A program made the translations under genes and the position numbers. A DNA stretch of 59,184 nucleotides, filler included. It is 5 parts of 5 records of this genome, joined end to end, with 100 filler letters (N's around TTAATTAATTAA, not from the genome) between each part and the next. Parts side by side here need not be neighbours in the genome. Positions count along the whole stretch, not along the records: positions 17,215 to 29,812 come from SRR31156797_7346; positions 29,913 to 35,178 come from SRR31156797_7362; positions 35,279 to 52,174 come from SRR31156797_7380; 2 more parts are not named here. One strand, 5' to 3'. The stretch's first letter is position 1. The number at the start of each line of letters is the position of its first letter. The notes under the pieces are model-generated. The model ran no database searches. It saw only the letters and a program-made list of their open reading frames with translations, and had not been told where the DNA came from. Below, in pieces: positions 28,021-37,166 of the stretch.

Positions 28021-29812
28021 ATGAGTACTTATAAATTTATTTACATAATTCTTTTTATTTTCTTTTCAATCTCCTCTTTTGCTGGGGAACTTATCTCTTT
28101 AACATCAAATGAAAAAGAGTGGATACAAAACAATACGATCAAAGTAGGGGTGAATTCATGGGAGCCTCTAAAGATAATCAATAAATCAAAAACAAGTGCT
28201 ACAGGAATTGATATCGATAGATTAAATCTTATTGTACAAAGATTAGGATTACAAGTAGAGTATGAATATGATACTTTTAGTAATATTATGGAAAAGTTTA
28301 AAGCAAAAAAGATAGACCTTATCCCTTCTGCATATTTTACATATGAGCGAGCAAAATATGGTCTCTTTACACAACCATATCTTTATATCAAAGAGTACCT
28401 TTTTGTAAAAGACAGCAGTAATATTAAAAGTTTTAAAGATCTTCAAAATAAAAAATTAGCTATTGTAAAAAGTTATGGAACTATTGAAAAGATCAAACAA
28501 AAATATCCTCAAATTCAAATTGTAGAAACACAAAATTTAGATGAGTCAATTGAAATGGTCTTAAATGGAAAGGCAGAAGCGCTTTTTGATCTTCAAATAA
28601 GGGTAAATAATTATATTAAAAACAATTATATTTCTGGACTTAAAGGAGTGGCACAAACAAGTTTTGAAGCTTCTCCTATTCACTTTTTTTCAAGTAATGA
28701 TAAACCAATTTTAAATAAGATCTTACAAAAAGGTCTTGATTCTATTGATACAGAAGAGAAACAAGCACTTTCCCAAAAGTGGCTTGGAAATAATTATATA
28801 TCAAACTCCTTTGATAAGCTCTCAACTGAGGAAAAAGTTTATTTATCAAAAAATAAAGTGATCACAATGTGTAATAATCCAAATTGGGCACCAATTGAGT
28901 TTAAAGACTCTAATGGAAATGTAGCTGGTATGGCAATCGATACAATGGAATTGATTGAAAAACAATTGAATATTGAGTTTAAACATATCCCTACAAAAAG
29001 TTGGCAGGAATCCCAAGAGTTTTTAAAAGCAAAAAAATGTGATATTTTACCGTGTGCTTCAAAAACTTTGAAAAGAGAAAAGTATGCGATCTTTACAAAA
29101 CCATATCTTCATTTGCCTTTGGCTATTTTTACAAAAAGAGATGTGGGCTTGGTATCAGATTTGAGTGAAGTGATCGATCAGCCATGGAGCAGAAAAAAAG
29201 GTTCAGGGGTTATCTCTGCTGTAAAAGAGAAATATCCTTCTTTTAAAGTGATCGAAACAAAAGATAATACAGAGGCTTTAAAACTTGTAAGTAATGGGGA
29301 TGTGCATTTTACTATCGCAACTTTGCCAATCGCTTCACATGTGATCAAATCACAACTTTTAGATAATATTCATATTGCAGGATATACTGATATCAAATTT
29401 GATCTCTCTATTGCTGTGCGAGATGATAAGGAGATTTTAAAAAATATTTTAGATAAATCTTTAGCTGAGATCTCACAAAAAGAGCATAACGAGATCTTTC
29501 AAGAGTGGGTTGGAGCTACGGTAAAAGAATCAGTTTTTGATTATAAACAATATTGGCCGATCTTTTTTATAGTAGCAGTGGTGATCATCGCTTTGGTTTA
29601 TAGACAATGGCTTTTAAAACAATCAAATAAAAGATTACAAGGTTTAGTGGATGAAAAGGTAAAAGAGCTACAAGAACTAAATCTTAATCTTATGGAAAAA
29701 GTGAAACAAGAGGTTGAGATCAATAGACACAATGAGTTTCAGCTCTTAGCCCAATCAAAAATGGCTGCTATGGGAGATATGGTAGGAAATATTGCCCATC
29801 AATGGAGACAAC
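28021..29812 (+). CDS. BvgS/EvgS-like sensor kinase with two periplasmic solute-binding domains (3' truncated)
   Basis: Signal peptide, two SBP family 3 repeats (FTQPYL, FTKPYL), TM helix, QSKMAAMGDMVGNIAHQWRQ. Confidence 0.88.
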
Positions 29813-29912
29813 NNNNNNNNNNNNNNNNNNNNNNNNNNNNNNNNNNNNNNNNNNNNTTAATTAATTAANNNNNNNNNNNNNNNNNNNNNNNNNNNNNNNN
29901 NNNNNNNNNNNN
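29813..29912. other. Artificial contig spacer
   Basis: N-run + TTAATTAATTAA + N-run. Confidence 0.99.
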
Positions 29913-30012
29913 CATCGGAACTTAAATATGAGAATCGCTATAGAAGAGTAATAACCGGAATGTGTTTTTATTTACCAGAACGGTCGGCATTGAAATAGGA
30001 TAGAAAATCGTC

Positions 30013-30039
30013 GGCCGGATTCTCAATGATAATCCGGCC
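30013..30039 (-). terminator. Hairpin downstream of oah
   Basis: 9-bp stem GGCCGGATT / AATCCGGCC, 22 nt after the stop, with a short T run a few nt later. Confidence 0.55.
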
Positions 30040-30061
30040 ATCATCATGAAAAAGGTTGCAC

Positions 30062-31204
30062 CTATTCTTTCGGCTTGCCCATTACATCGGCGAACATATC
30101 CATGTCCCAACTGCGGCATTCGGCAATGTTCTGGCGGAACTTGATAAAATCAATAGTGTCCTGTCCGGTGATTTTCTTGGTATTGAAAGCGCCGAATCCG
30201 AGGAAAGCCTCGCCGCCCATGTTGGCGGCCAGCCAGTGCCGGTTCGGATTCTTCATCACATCCCAGAAGTATTTTTTCTTCTGGCGTATGCCGTCGATCG
30301 ATTTGATCAGGCAGCCCGGAAACAGATTGGCAAAGTGCCAAACGATATTATTGACTTCCTGGTCCAATTGTTCAAAGTCTGCATTGGCCTGGTGCTCTTT
30401 GACAAAGGTTCTTGCTTCCTTGAGCGCATCCCCGGTTTTGTATTCACCGTAAACGATCTCGCCGTTATCGATATACCTGTCGGTGACGATCATGGGATTG
30501 CGCACCCACTCGCCGTCAACTTTTAAAACCGGCACAACCTTGCTGATCAGGTTTTTCGTCTTCATCTTGTACGCAGACCACATTTCACACGAAACGCAGT
30601 TCCACATGGCGTCCTCGGCGGTCAGGTACCACGGAAGAAAATCGGAAGAGCCGCCGTCCGGGGCGCTGCCGTGTTTGGGACCGGCCTGACCGAACACGGC
30701 AAGGTCTGATGAAACCGCAAGGTCGCAGGCCATGCCGATTTCCTGACCGCCGGCCACACGCATCCCGTTGACCCGGCAGATGGTCGGTTTTTTACACCCG
30801 AGGATGGAATCGACCATGTGGTTAAAGAGTTCCATGTACTGGCCGTATTCATCGCAGCGCCGGCTGTAATACTCACTGTATTCCTTGGTGTTGCCCCCGG
30901 TGCAGAAGGAGTAGGGCCCCGTACCCGTGAATACAACGGCCACAACACTGCGGTCCACCGAAGCGTTTTCAAACCCGGCGATAACGCCCTTGACCATTTC
31001 GGTGGTGTAGGAATTATACTGTTTCGGGTTGTTGAGCCGGATCCAGGCGACATAAAGACTTTCCACCACATTACCCTGCGCATCGGTCAGAGGCCGCTTT
31101 TCGTAAACCACGCATGGGGCGTCCGCATCCAATCCCCAGTATTTATCATCATGAATCAGATGATTTTTTTCACCGCTTTCCCTCGGCATCCATTCCAGAG
31201 CCAT
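30062..31204 (-). CDS. oah: 6-oxocyclohex-1-ene-1-carbonyl-CoA hydrolase (ring cleavage, anaerobic benzoyl-CoA pathway)
   Basis: Crotonase fold with LNNPKQYNSYTTEMVKGV, FCTGGNTKEY, RVNGMRVAGGQEIGMACD and GQAGPKHGSAPDGG, the Oah/BamA signature. SD AAGGAGG. Confidence 0.95.
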   Translation of the reverse strand: MALEWMPRESGEKNHLIHDDKYWGLDADAPCVVYEKRPLTDAQGNVVESLYVAWIRLNNPKQYNSYTTEMVKGVIAGFENASVDRSVVAVVFTGTGPYSFCTGGNTKEYSEYYSRRCDEYGQYMELFNHMVDSILGCKKPTICRVNGMRVAGGQEIGMACDLAVSSDLAVFGQAGPKHGSAPDGGSSDFLPWYLTAEDAMWNCVSCEMWSAYKMKTKNLISKVVPVLKVDGEWVRNPMIVTDRYIDNGEIVYGEYKTGDALKEARTFVKEHQANADFEQLDQEVNNIVWHFANLFPGCLIKSIDGIRQKKKYFWDVMKNPNRHWLAANMGGEAFLGFGAFNTKKITGQDTIDFIKFRQNIAECRSWDMDMFADVMGKPKE

Positions 31205-31293
31205 AATAAGTACCTCCTTTTATCAAATGTTGAAATATCCATTTCAGAACAATTGCTTAATTCCGAATTCCCAAAGACATCATTATCAGGGAT

Positions 31294-31309
31294 AGCAATA
31301 TGCATGCCA
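31294..31309 (-). promoter_or_regulatory. sigma54 (-24/-12) promoter of oah
   Basis: TGGCATGCATATTGCT versus consensus TGGCACGnnnnTTGCW, 89 nt upstream of the start. Confidence 0.8.
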
Positions 31310-31323
31310 CAGAAGCGGCCACG

Positions 31324-31336
31324 TATTTACTTGATA
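31324..31336 (-). promoter_or_regulatory. IHF-like site upstream of the sigma54 promoter
   Basis: TATCAAGTAAATA versus WATCAAnnnnTTR (one mismatch), in the position typical of sigma54 promoters. Confidence 0.4.
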
Positions 31337-31544
31337 TTACGAGATTATTTTTTGAAGAAATATTTAGTTGAAAATATCTTTCAGCAGAGTTGAAAGTATT
31401 GTGAGGTTGTATACCGAACAGGAGCAATACGAGTGGTTCACGAACCGCCCCGACGCCAATGATTTAATAGAATGTGAAGTCAACCATAGCTGCGATGATT
31501 GCAAAATCGCCGTTAGATTTAAGAGGGTTTTAAGCAGGGGCGGG

Positions 31545-32885
31545 TTAAAGCCTTATATTGTATTGCTGGATCTTCTTTCTCAAGGTCGGCCGTGAAATGC
31601 CGAGCAGTTCGCAAGCGTTGCCCTTATTGTTGCCCGCTTTTACCAGCGCATTGATTATATGCTCTTTTTCCATCTCTTTAAGGGATTTGAATTCGCCATA
31701 GGATTTTGAATCGCCGCCCTGGTTTTCGTTGAAAGTCGAAATATGGTAATCCATTATCACGCCGTCCCTGGAAAGCACAATGGCCCTGGTCAGCGCATTC
31801 TCAAGCTCACGAACATTGCCGGGCCAATCATATTCCATGATTTTATCCATGGCTTTTTCCGAGATGTCCATATCCTTTTTATGGAGTTCCATGCTGATTT
31901 TATGTATGAAGAATTCCACGAGCAAGGGAATGTCGGACTTTCGCTCCCTAAGGGAAGGGACATTGATGGTAATAACCTTAAGCCTGAAAAAAAGATCTTC
32001 CCTGAATTTTCTTTCCGCAACCATTTTAGCCAGATTCCGATTCGTGGCCGCAATTACCCGGGCGTTGGAATATATGGTTTTTTCGCCGCCGACTCTTTCG
32101 AATCTTTTTTCCTGCAAAAATCGTAGTATTTTTACTTGTGTGTTTAGGGGGGTTTCACCGATTTCGTCCAGAAAGATAGTGCCGTTTCCGGCCAGTTCGA
32201 ACTTTCCGGTTTTGGTGCTTACGGCATGTGTAAAAGAGCCTTTTTCATGACCGAAAAGCTCGCTTTCCAATAAAGATTCCACCAATGCGCTGCAGTTTAT
32301 TGAAACCAGGGGTTCATTTTTCAACATTCCATTATAGTGAATCGCCTTGGCTATAAGGTTTTTTCCGGTGCCGCTTTCCCCCTGTATTAGAACGGTCGCC
32401 TTGTTGTTGCATGTTAATCCGATCAATTTGAACATCTGATGGATTTGTTTGCTTTCCCCAATAATCGTATCCAGTTTATACTGTGTTTTCTGGTCATTTA
32501 AATAAATGGAAAGATTCTTTTTCAGTTCAATGGTTTCAATGGCTTTGTTGACGCAGACTTCCAGTTCCTTGATGTTGATCGGTTTGTGGATATAGTCGAA
32601 GGCCCCGAATTTCATGGCTTCTATGGTGGTATCCATAACGCTGAAAGCAGTAATCATGATAACAACGATGTGATCGTCAAAGGCCTTAATATCTTTAAGC
32701 ACTTCAATGCCGTTTACATCCGGCAGCTTTATGTCGAGGATTACTATATCCGGATGCTCCGACTTGACCTTTTCCAGTCCCTCTTTTCCAAATTCGGAAG
32801 TGTAGACCTGGTAGCCTTTTTCCGAAAAAAACATACTCAGTGATTCAAGTATGGCCGTCTGGTCGTCGATGATCAATATTTTCAT
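31545..32885 (-). CDS. NtrC-family sigma54-dependent response regulator
   Basis: REC domain (IIDD, LDIKLP), GESGTGK, ESELFGHEKGSFTHA, FLDEIG, WPGNVREL, Fis-type HTH (LGISRPTL). Confidence 0.95.
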   Translation of the reverse strand: MKILIIDDQTAILESLSMFFSEKGYQVYTSEFGKEGLEKVKSEHPDIVILDIKLPDVNGIEVLKDIKAFDDHIVVIMITAFSVMDTTIEAMKFGAFDYIHKPINIKELEVCVNKAIETIELKKNLSIYLNDQKTQYKLDTIIGESKQIHQMFKLIGLTCNNKATVLIQGESGTGKNLIAKAIHYNGMLKNEPLVSINCSALVESLLESELFGHEKGSFTHAVSTKTGKFELAGNGTIFLDEIGETPLNTQVKILRFLQEKRFERVGGEKTIYSNARVIAATNRNLAKMVAERKFREDLFFRLKVITINVPSLRERKSDIPLLVEFFIHKISMELHKKDMDISEKAMDKIMEYDWPGNVRELENALTRAIVLSRDGVIMDYHISTFNENQGGDSKSYGEFKSLKEMEKEHIINALVKAGNNKGNACELLGISRPTLRKKIQQYNIRL

Positions 32886-32901
32886 AAGCTCTTCAACGTT
32901 T

Positions 32902-34566
32902 TTAATGTGTAATGTCGGCCGGTATTATGAAGCTGAAAGACGTTCCCCCTCCGACATTGCTTTCGATATCAAAGAAACCGTTATGCGCGTCAACAATCCT
33001 TTTCACAATAGACAATCCCAGACCGACTCCGCCTTTTTTCCCCTTTGTGACAAAGGGTTCGAATATTTTCAGCCTGTCGCCTTCTTCCATGCCCTTGCCA
33101 TTGTCCACGACAGACACTTTGATGTATCTTTTGGACTCGGCCATCATATTCCTGGCCGTGATTTTAACCGATCTGTTATTAGAATCCTCTTCGTCAAAAG
33201 CTTCGAGGGCATTTTTGAAAACGTTGGCCAAGGCTTCAATAATCCTCTCCCTGTCGCTCATGATAATACCAGCATCGGGATCTGTTTCCCTCATTACGGA
33301 TATGTCGGCGGAAAGAATTTTCTCTTCAAAAAGCTCCATTACCCTGTCAATGACCAAATCAAGATCGGTCAGGGAATAGTCGAGTTTGATCGGTTTCGCG
33401 AATTCCAATATCTTGGACAGGATGCTTTCAAGCAGGACCGACTGTTCCTGGGCAATTTGGAGCCGCCTCAGGTCATTGCCTTCAAGATCCAGTTTTTCCA
33501 GTAGTATCTGCATATTTACTTTTATGGCCGACAAGGGGTTTCTTATTTCATGGGCAATGGAAGTAGTAAGACGACCGATCAAGACGAGGCGGTCCTGTTG
33601 CTTGATTTTTTCTTCCATTTCGATTCGATGGGTTATGTCTGTGCAGAGCCCGAGCACCGCGGGCTTGCCCTGGTAAGTGATCAGTTTGATCCTGTTTTCC
33701 GTTGGAATCCGCCGGCCCTGCCTGTCCTGGCGGCAGTAGATGAAAGTATCAAATTTATTTTTCCCCTTTAAATGATCGTAAAACCTTTTCATCACCATCT
33801 TGGTTGAATCTTCGGCAATAAGTTTACGGCACTCCGCTCCAATCATTTCATCTCGCTCGTAACCGTGCATATGGCAAAACGAGTTGTTGGCGAAAACTAT
33901 TCTTCCGTTCTGGTTAACAAAACAGCCGTCATTTATTTCCTCAAACAATACTTCATAATTATTGCGGGATTCATCCAATTCCCGATTTCTTTCCTGAACC
34001 TTTTTTTCAAGCTGGTCCACGTAAGACTTGTATCTTTGTTCCTGCATTTTCTGGAAAGAACTGCATAAGGAAAAAATGAGCCGATCATAAACCTGGTTAA
34101 CTTGAAAAAACATGGAAACCAGGTCTTCCCCGGCATATTTACGGCCAAGATCGGTTAAAAGCAGGTTTCTGGCGTAGGACAGGACCAACTGTGCATTGGA
34201 TATTGAAAATCCCTCCGGTTCAACTTGTTCGACCAATCGCCCCAGAAAAACTTCCATGCCCGTGAAGTCGTTTGTTTCAAGGGCTTCGCAAAACGCGTCA
34301 ATTGCCCCGGCCCCCAGTTCGGAATAGTCGTCGACGTGCATGCCCGTGTTTTCGACATGGGCGTTTCCGTACTTGGATATCCATTCGGCGGTAAGCAGGC
34401 TTCTGTTTTCCCGCAGATAACGAATGAGTTCCGTTGTCATAGGCCGCCTCCCCTGCAAATTCCAGTCATCGAATACTCGTCCGGCCGTCCTCAAAGAAGG
34501 CGGTTCGCCGGGATCGGCCGAAAAGAAGGACAATGGATTACCCTTACGGGATTCGATTAAACTCAC
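32902..34566 (-). CDS. Cytoplasmic histidine kinase: RsbRD-N-like helical domain + PAS + HisKA/HATPase
   Basis: IAHEIRNPL, NVFKNA, DNGKG, GVGLGL; no TM helix. Two in-frame starts (GTG 34566, ATG 34440) both have GGAGG. Confidence 0.88.
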   Translation of the reverse strand: MSLIESRKGNPLSFFSADPGEPPSLRTAGRVFDDWNLQGRRPMTTELIRYLRENRSLLTAEWISKYGNAHVENTGMHVDDYSELGAGAIDAFCEALETNDFTGMEVFLGRLVEQVEPEGFSISNAQLVLSYARNLLLTDLGRKYAGEDLVSMFFQVNQVYDRLIFSLCSSFQKMQEQRYKSYVDQLEKKVQERNRELDESRNNYEVLFEEINDGCFVNQNGRIVFANNSFCHMHGYERDEMIGAECRKLIAEDSTKMVMKRFYDHLKGKNKFDTFIYCRQDRQGRRIPTENRIKLITYQGKPAVLGLCTDITHRIEMEEKIKQQDRLVLIGRLTTSIAHEIRNPLSAIKVNMQILLEKLDLEGNDLRRLQIAQEQSVLLESILSKILEFAKPIKLDYSLTDLDLVIDRVMELFEEKILSADISVMRETDPDAGIIMSDRERIIEALANVFKNALEAFDEEDSNNRSVKITARNMMAESKRYIKVSVVDNGKGMEEGDRLKIFEPFVTKGKKGGVGLGLSIVKRIVDAHNGFFDIESNVGGGTSFSFIIPADITH

Positions 34567-34655
34567 GATACTCCTCCCAAACGGTTATTGCAAGCATACT
34601 TGAAAAAATGTCGGTAAAGGCGGAAGTACGGCCTATGGTTATAACTGTAGTCAGG

Positions 34656-35178
34656 TCATGGGTATTCCCTTATTAGCCTGGGAAGCATCTGGTGATGGTG
34701 CGGACAGAACGAAGAGGGGTTTTGATAGCATGCCCCGGTGAAAGCCTTCATGTACCCTCGAATATCGGAAAACGGTACGGCCTCGTCCACGAATCCCCGT
34801 TTGGCGCAATATTCCGGCCGACTGTGTTCGGCGTATTGGTTCGCCAGCTCGTTCATTTTATCTATAACAGGCTCCAGGGGGCGCCCGGCATCCTTTTCCT
34901 TGACCAAACGACGGGAATAGGCGGCCGCGGCGGCTGTTTCGCCATGCATTACATATATTTCAGTAGTCGGCGTCCCCAGGGTGAAGACGTTGTTATTGTT
35001 GGCATTGGGGCCGCCCATAATGTAATGGGCAGCGGCCGTTCCCTTTCGCAGCACCACCAGCATAAGGGGCGTATCGGTTTGTTCAATGGAATAGATCAGG
35101 CTCTGCCCCAGTCCCAGCAGTTCGGCTTTTTCCGCAATGTCGCCGACGTCGATGCCGGAGGTATCCTGGAACCAGATC
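34656..35178 (-). CDS. gcdA: Glutaconyl-CoA decarboxylase alpha (carboxyltransferase) subunit, 3' part
   Basis: The frame extends to the contig end: WFQDTSGIDVGDIAEKAELLGLGQSLIYSIE..LRKGTAAAHYIMGGP..EIYVMHGETAA..CPHHHQMLPR. Confidence 0.88.
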
Positions 35179-35278
35179 NNNNNNNNNNNNNNNNNNNNNN
35201 NNNNNNNNNNNNNNNNNNNNNNTTAATTAATTAANNNNNNNNNNNNNNNNNNNNNNNNNNNNNNNNNNNNNNNNNNNN
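35179..35278. other. Artificial contig spacer
   Basis: N-run + TTAATTAATTAA + N-run. Confidence 0.99.
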
Positions 35279-35794
35279 ACGGTCACCGATGATAAGCTCA
35301 CGCTGACCTCTACCAATTGGAATCATCGAGTCAACCGCTTTAAGTCCAGTCTGTAATGGTTCCTTTACCGGCTGACGATATATAACTCCAGGAGCTTTCC
35401 TTTCTAAAGGAAATTCATATAATTCACCTGTAATACTTCCTTTTCCATCTATTGGATCACCATTGGTATTAATTACTCGTCCCAACATGCCTTCTCCAAC
35501 CTTAACAGAAGCAATTGTACCAGTTCTTTTTACAATATCACCTTCCTTAATGTTTTTAGAAGCTCCCAATAATACAACTCCAACATTATCTTGTTCTAGA
35601 TTTAATACAACCCCTTTACACGATTCAAATTCTACTAATTCATTGGCTCTGGCATTTTGTAAACCATATACACGTGCAATACCATCACCAACCTGAATTA
35701 CCGTACCAACCTCTTCCAGATCCGTATTGGAAGTAAACCCTTCAATTTGTTTTTTTAATATTTCCGAAACCTCGGCAGGTCTAATATTTTCCAT
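35279..35794 (-). CDS. atpA: ATP synthase F1 alpha subunit (3' truncated)
   Basis: [38 protein letters not shown]. Confidence 0.98.
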
Positions 35795-35818
35795 TCGTTC
35801 AAATTTAATCGGTAGTAC

Positions 35819-36355
35819 TTAATTCAACAGTTTCTTTTTAATTTCTTTTAATTTATGAGCTACAGAAGCATCCATCATTTTTCCATCTACCATTAAAATA
35901 AAACCTCCAATTAGATTATCCCTAACTCTAATTTTCATTTCTATTTTAGCATCAAGCTCTTTTTGCAATATGCCTTTTACCTTTTGCAGATAGTCATCTG
36001 TTAGCTCAAAAGCAGTATAAAGTGTAACTGATTTAATCTTTTTTTTAGCTTTATAAAAATCCTGATAATCACGAGCTATGGCAGACAATAGAATTTCTCT
36101 TTTATTGTCAATCAAGACATTTAAGAAATTCATTGTTAATTCATGAATTTGCTTTTTAAAAACAGAACTAAATGCCTTTTTCTTATTACCTGGAGTAATC
36201 ACAGGACTCTCGAGTAGACTTATTAGCTCATTGCTGCTCTTTAAGTAATCAGAGAGTTTCTTCATGTCTTCATAAACATGATCAACTTCTTTTTTTTCTT
36301 TACTTAAAAGAAATAAAGCCTTTGCGTATCTTACGGAAATTAAACTGTCATTCAT
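35819..36355 (-). CDS. atpH: ATP synthase F1 delta subunit
   Basis: RYAKALF, LIGGFIL..DASV; operon position. Confidence 0.95.
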   Translation of the reverse strand: MNDSLISVRYAKALFLLSKEKKEVDHVYEDMKKLSDYLKSSNELISLLESPVITPGNKKKAFSSVFKKQIHELTMNFLNVLIDNKREILLSAIARDYQDFYKAKKKIKSVTLYTAFELTDDYLQKVKGILQKELDAKIEMKIRVRDNLIGGFILMVDGKMMDASVAHKLKEIKKKLLN

Positions 36356-36379
36356 ACTTAAATCAATTTCACCCCGCAG

Positions 36380-36877
36380 TTAGTTAAAATTTACTTTCTC
36401 TAAGTATTTGTCAATAATTTCAGTGTGCTTATTATCTTTTTTAAGCTCTGCTTCAATTAAAATACCCGCAATATCAACAGAAAATTCTGCAACCTGTTTT
36501 TTTAATTCTCGTATTGCTGCACTTTTTTCTGCTTCTATTTGATTTCGGGCTGACTCCAAGAGTTTATCAGCTTCTTCTATAGCACCAGAACGTGCTTCTG
36601 CCAAAATTTTTTCTTTTAACTCACGTGTTTCTTTTAAAAGTTCATCACGTTCATTTTTGGCAGCATCCATCATTTCTTGTTTGGCCTTAACCAAATCTTC
36701 CACTTCGGATTTAGCTTTTTTAGCAGCATCTAAGGAAGATTCAATTGTTTCTTCTCTTACTTTTAATGCATGCAAAATTGGACCCCAGGCATACTTTTTT
36801 AAAATAAAAGCCAAAATAGCAAACGACACAGTCGTCCAAAAAACTAAACCTGGATCTGGCGTTAGTAAAAAATCCAT
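36380..36877 (-). CDS. atpF: ATP synthase F0 b subunit
   Basis: PDPGLVFWT..KYAWGPI..RE followed by a coiled coil. Confidence 0.95.
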   Translation of the reverse strand: MDFLLTPDPGLVFWTTVSFAILAFILKKYAWGPILHALKVREETIESSLDAAKKAKSEVEDLVKAKQEMMDAAKNERDELLKETRELKEKILAEARSGAIEEADKLLESARNQIEAEKSAAIRELKKQVAEFSVDIAGILIEAELKKDNKHTEIIDKYLEKVNFN

Positions 36878-36916
36878 ACTCCTCTTTTTTAATTCAACCC
36901 AATAAAAAAAGTTCTA

Positions 36917-37126
36917 TTATCCTTTTAATAGTGCAACTACAACAGCAAATAAGGCAACTCCTTCAATAAGCGCTGCTGCTACAATCATAGCTGTTTGTAT
37001 TTTTGAACTGATTTCCGGCTGACGTGCCATTGCTTCCATAGCTCCATTGGCTAACTTACCGATTCCTAGAGCGGCTCCTAAAACTATAATACCTAAACCT
37101 ACTGCTGTAAGAGAAATTGGTTCCAT
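36917..37126 (-). CDS. atpE: ATP synthase F0 c subunit (H+-type signature)
   Basis: GAALGIG, ARQPE, ALIEGVALF; lacks the Q..ES/T Na+-binding signature. Confidence 0.97.
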   Translation of the reverse strand: MEPISLTAVGLGIIVLGAALGIGKLANGAMEAMARQPEISSKIQTAMIVAAALIEGVALFAVVVALLKG

Positions 37127-37166
37127 AATTCAATAATTTATAAATGAAAATAGTTAATATTTATTG

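Noticed and set aside
18016-35178. A single hybrid aerobic/anaerobic aromatic-degradation island (dmp plus oah/gcdA)
   Set aside because: The two parts are on different contigs, separated by a spacer, with clearly different composition and apparent taxonomy.
29922-35234. Many overlapping antisense and alternate-frame ORFs in contig 3
   Set aside because: Expected shadow ORFs of GC-richer coding sequence; no recognisable motifs.
36917-37126. Na+-translocating or N-type ATPase
   Set aside because: The c subunit lacks the Na+-binding signature, and atpH is present in the ordinary F-type order.
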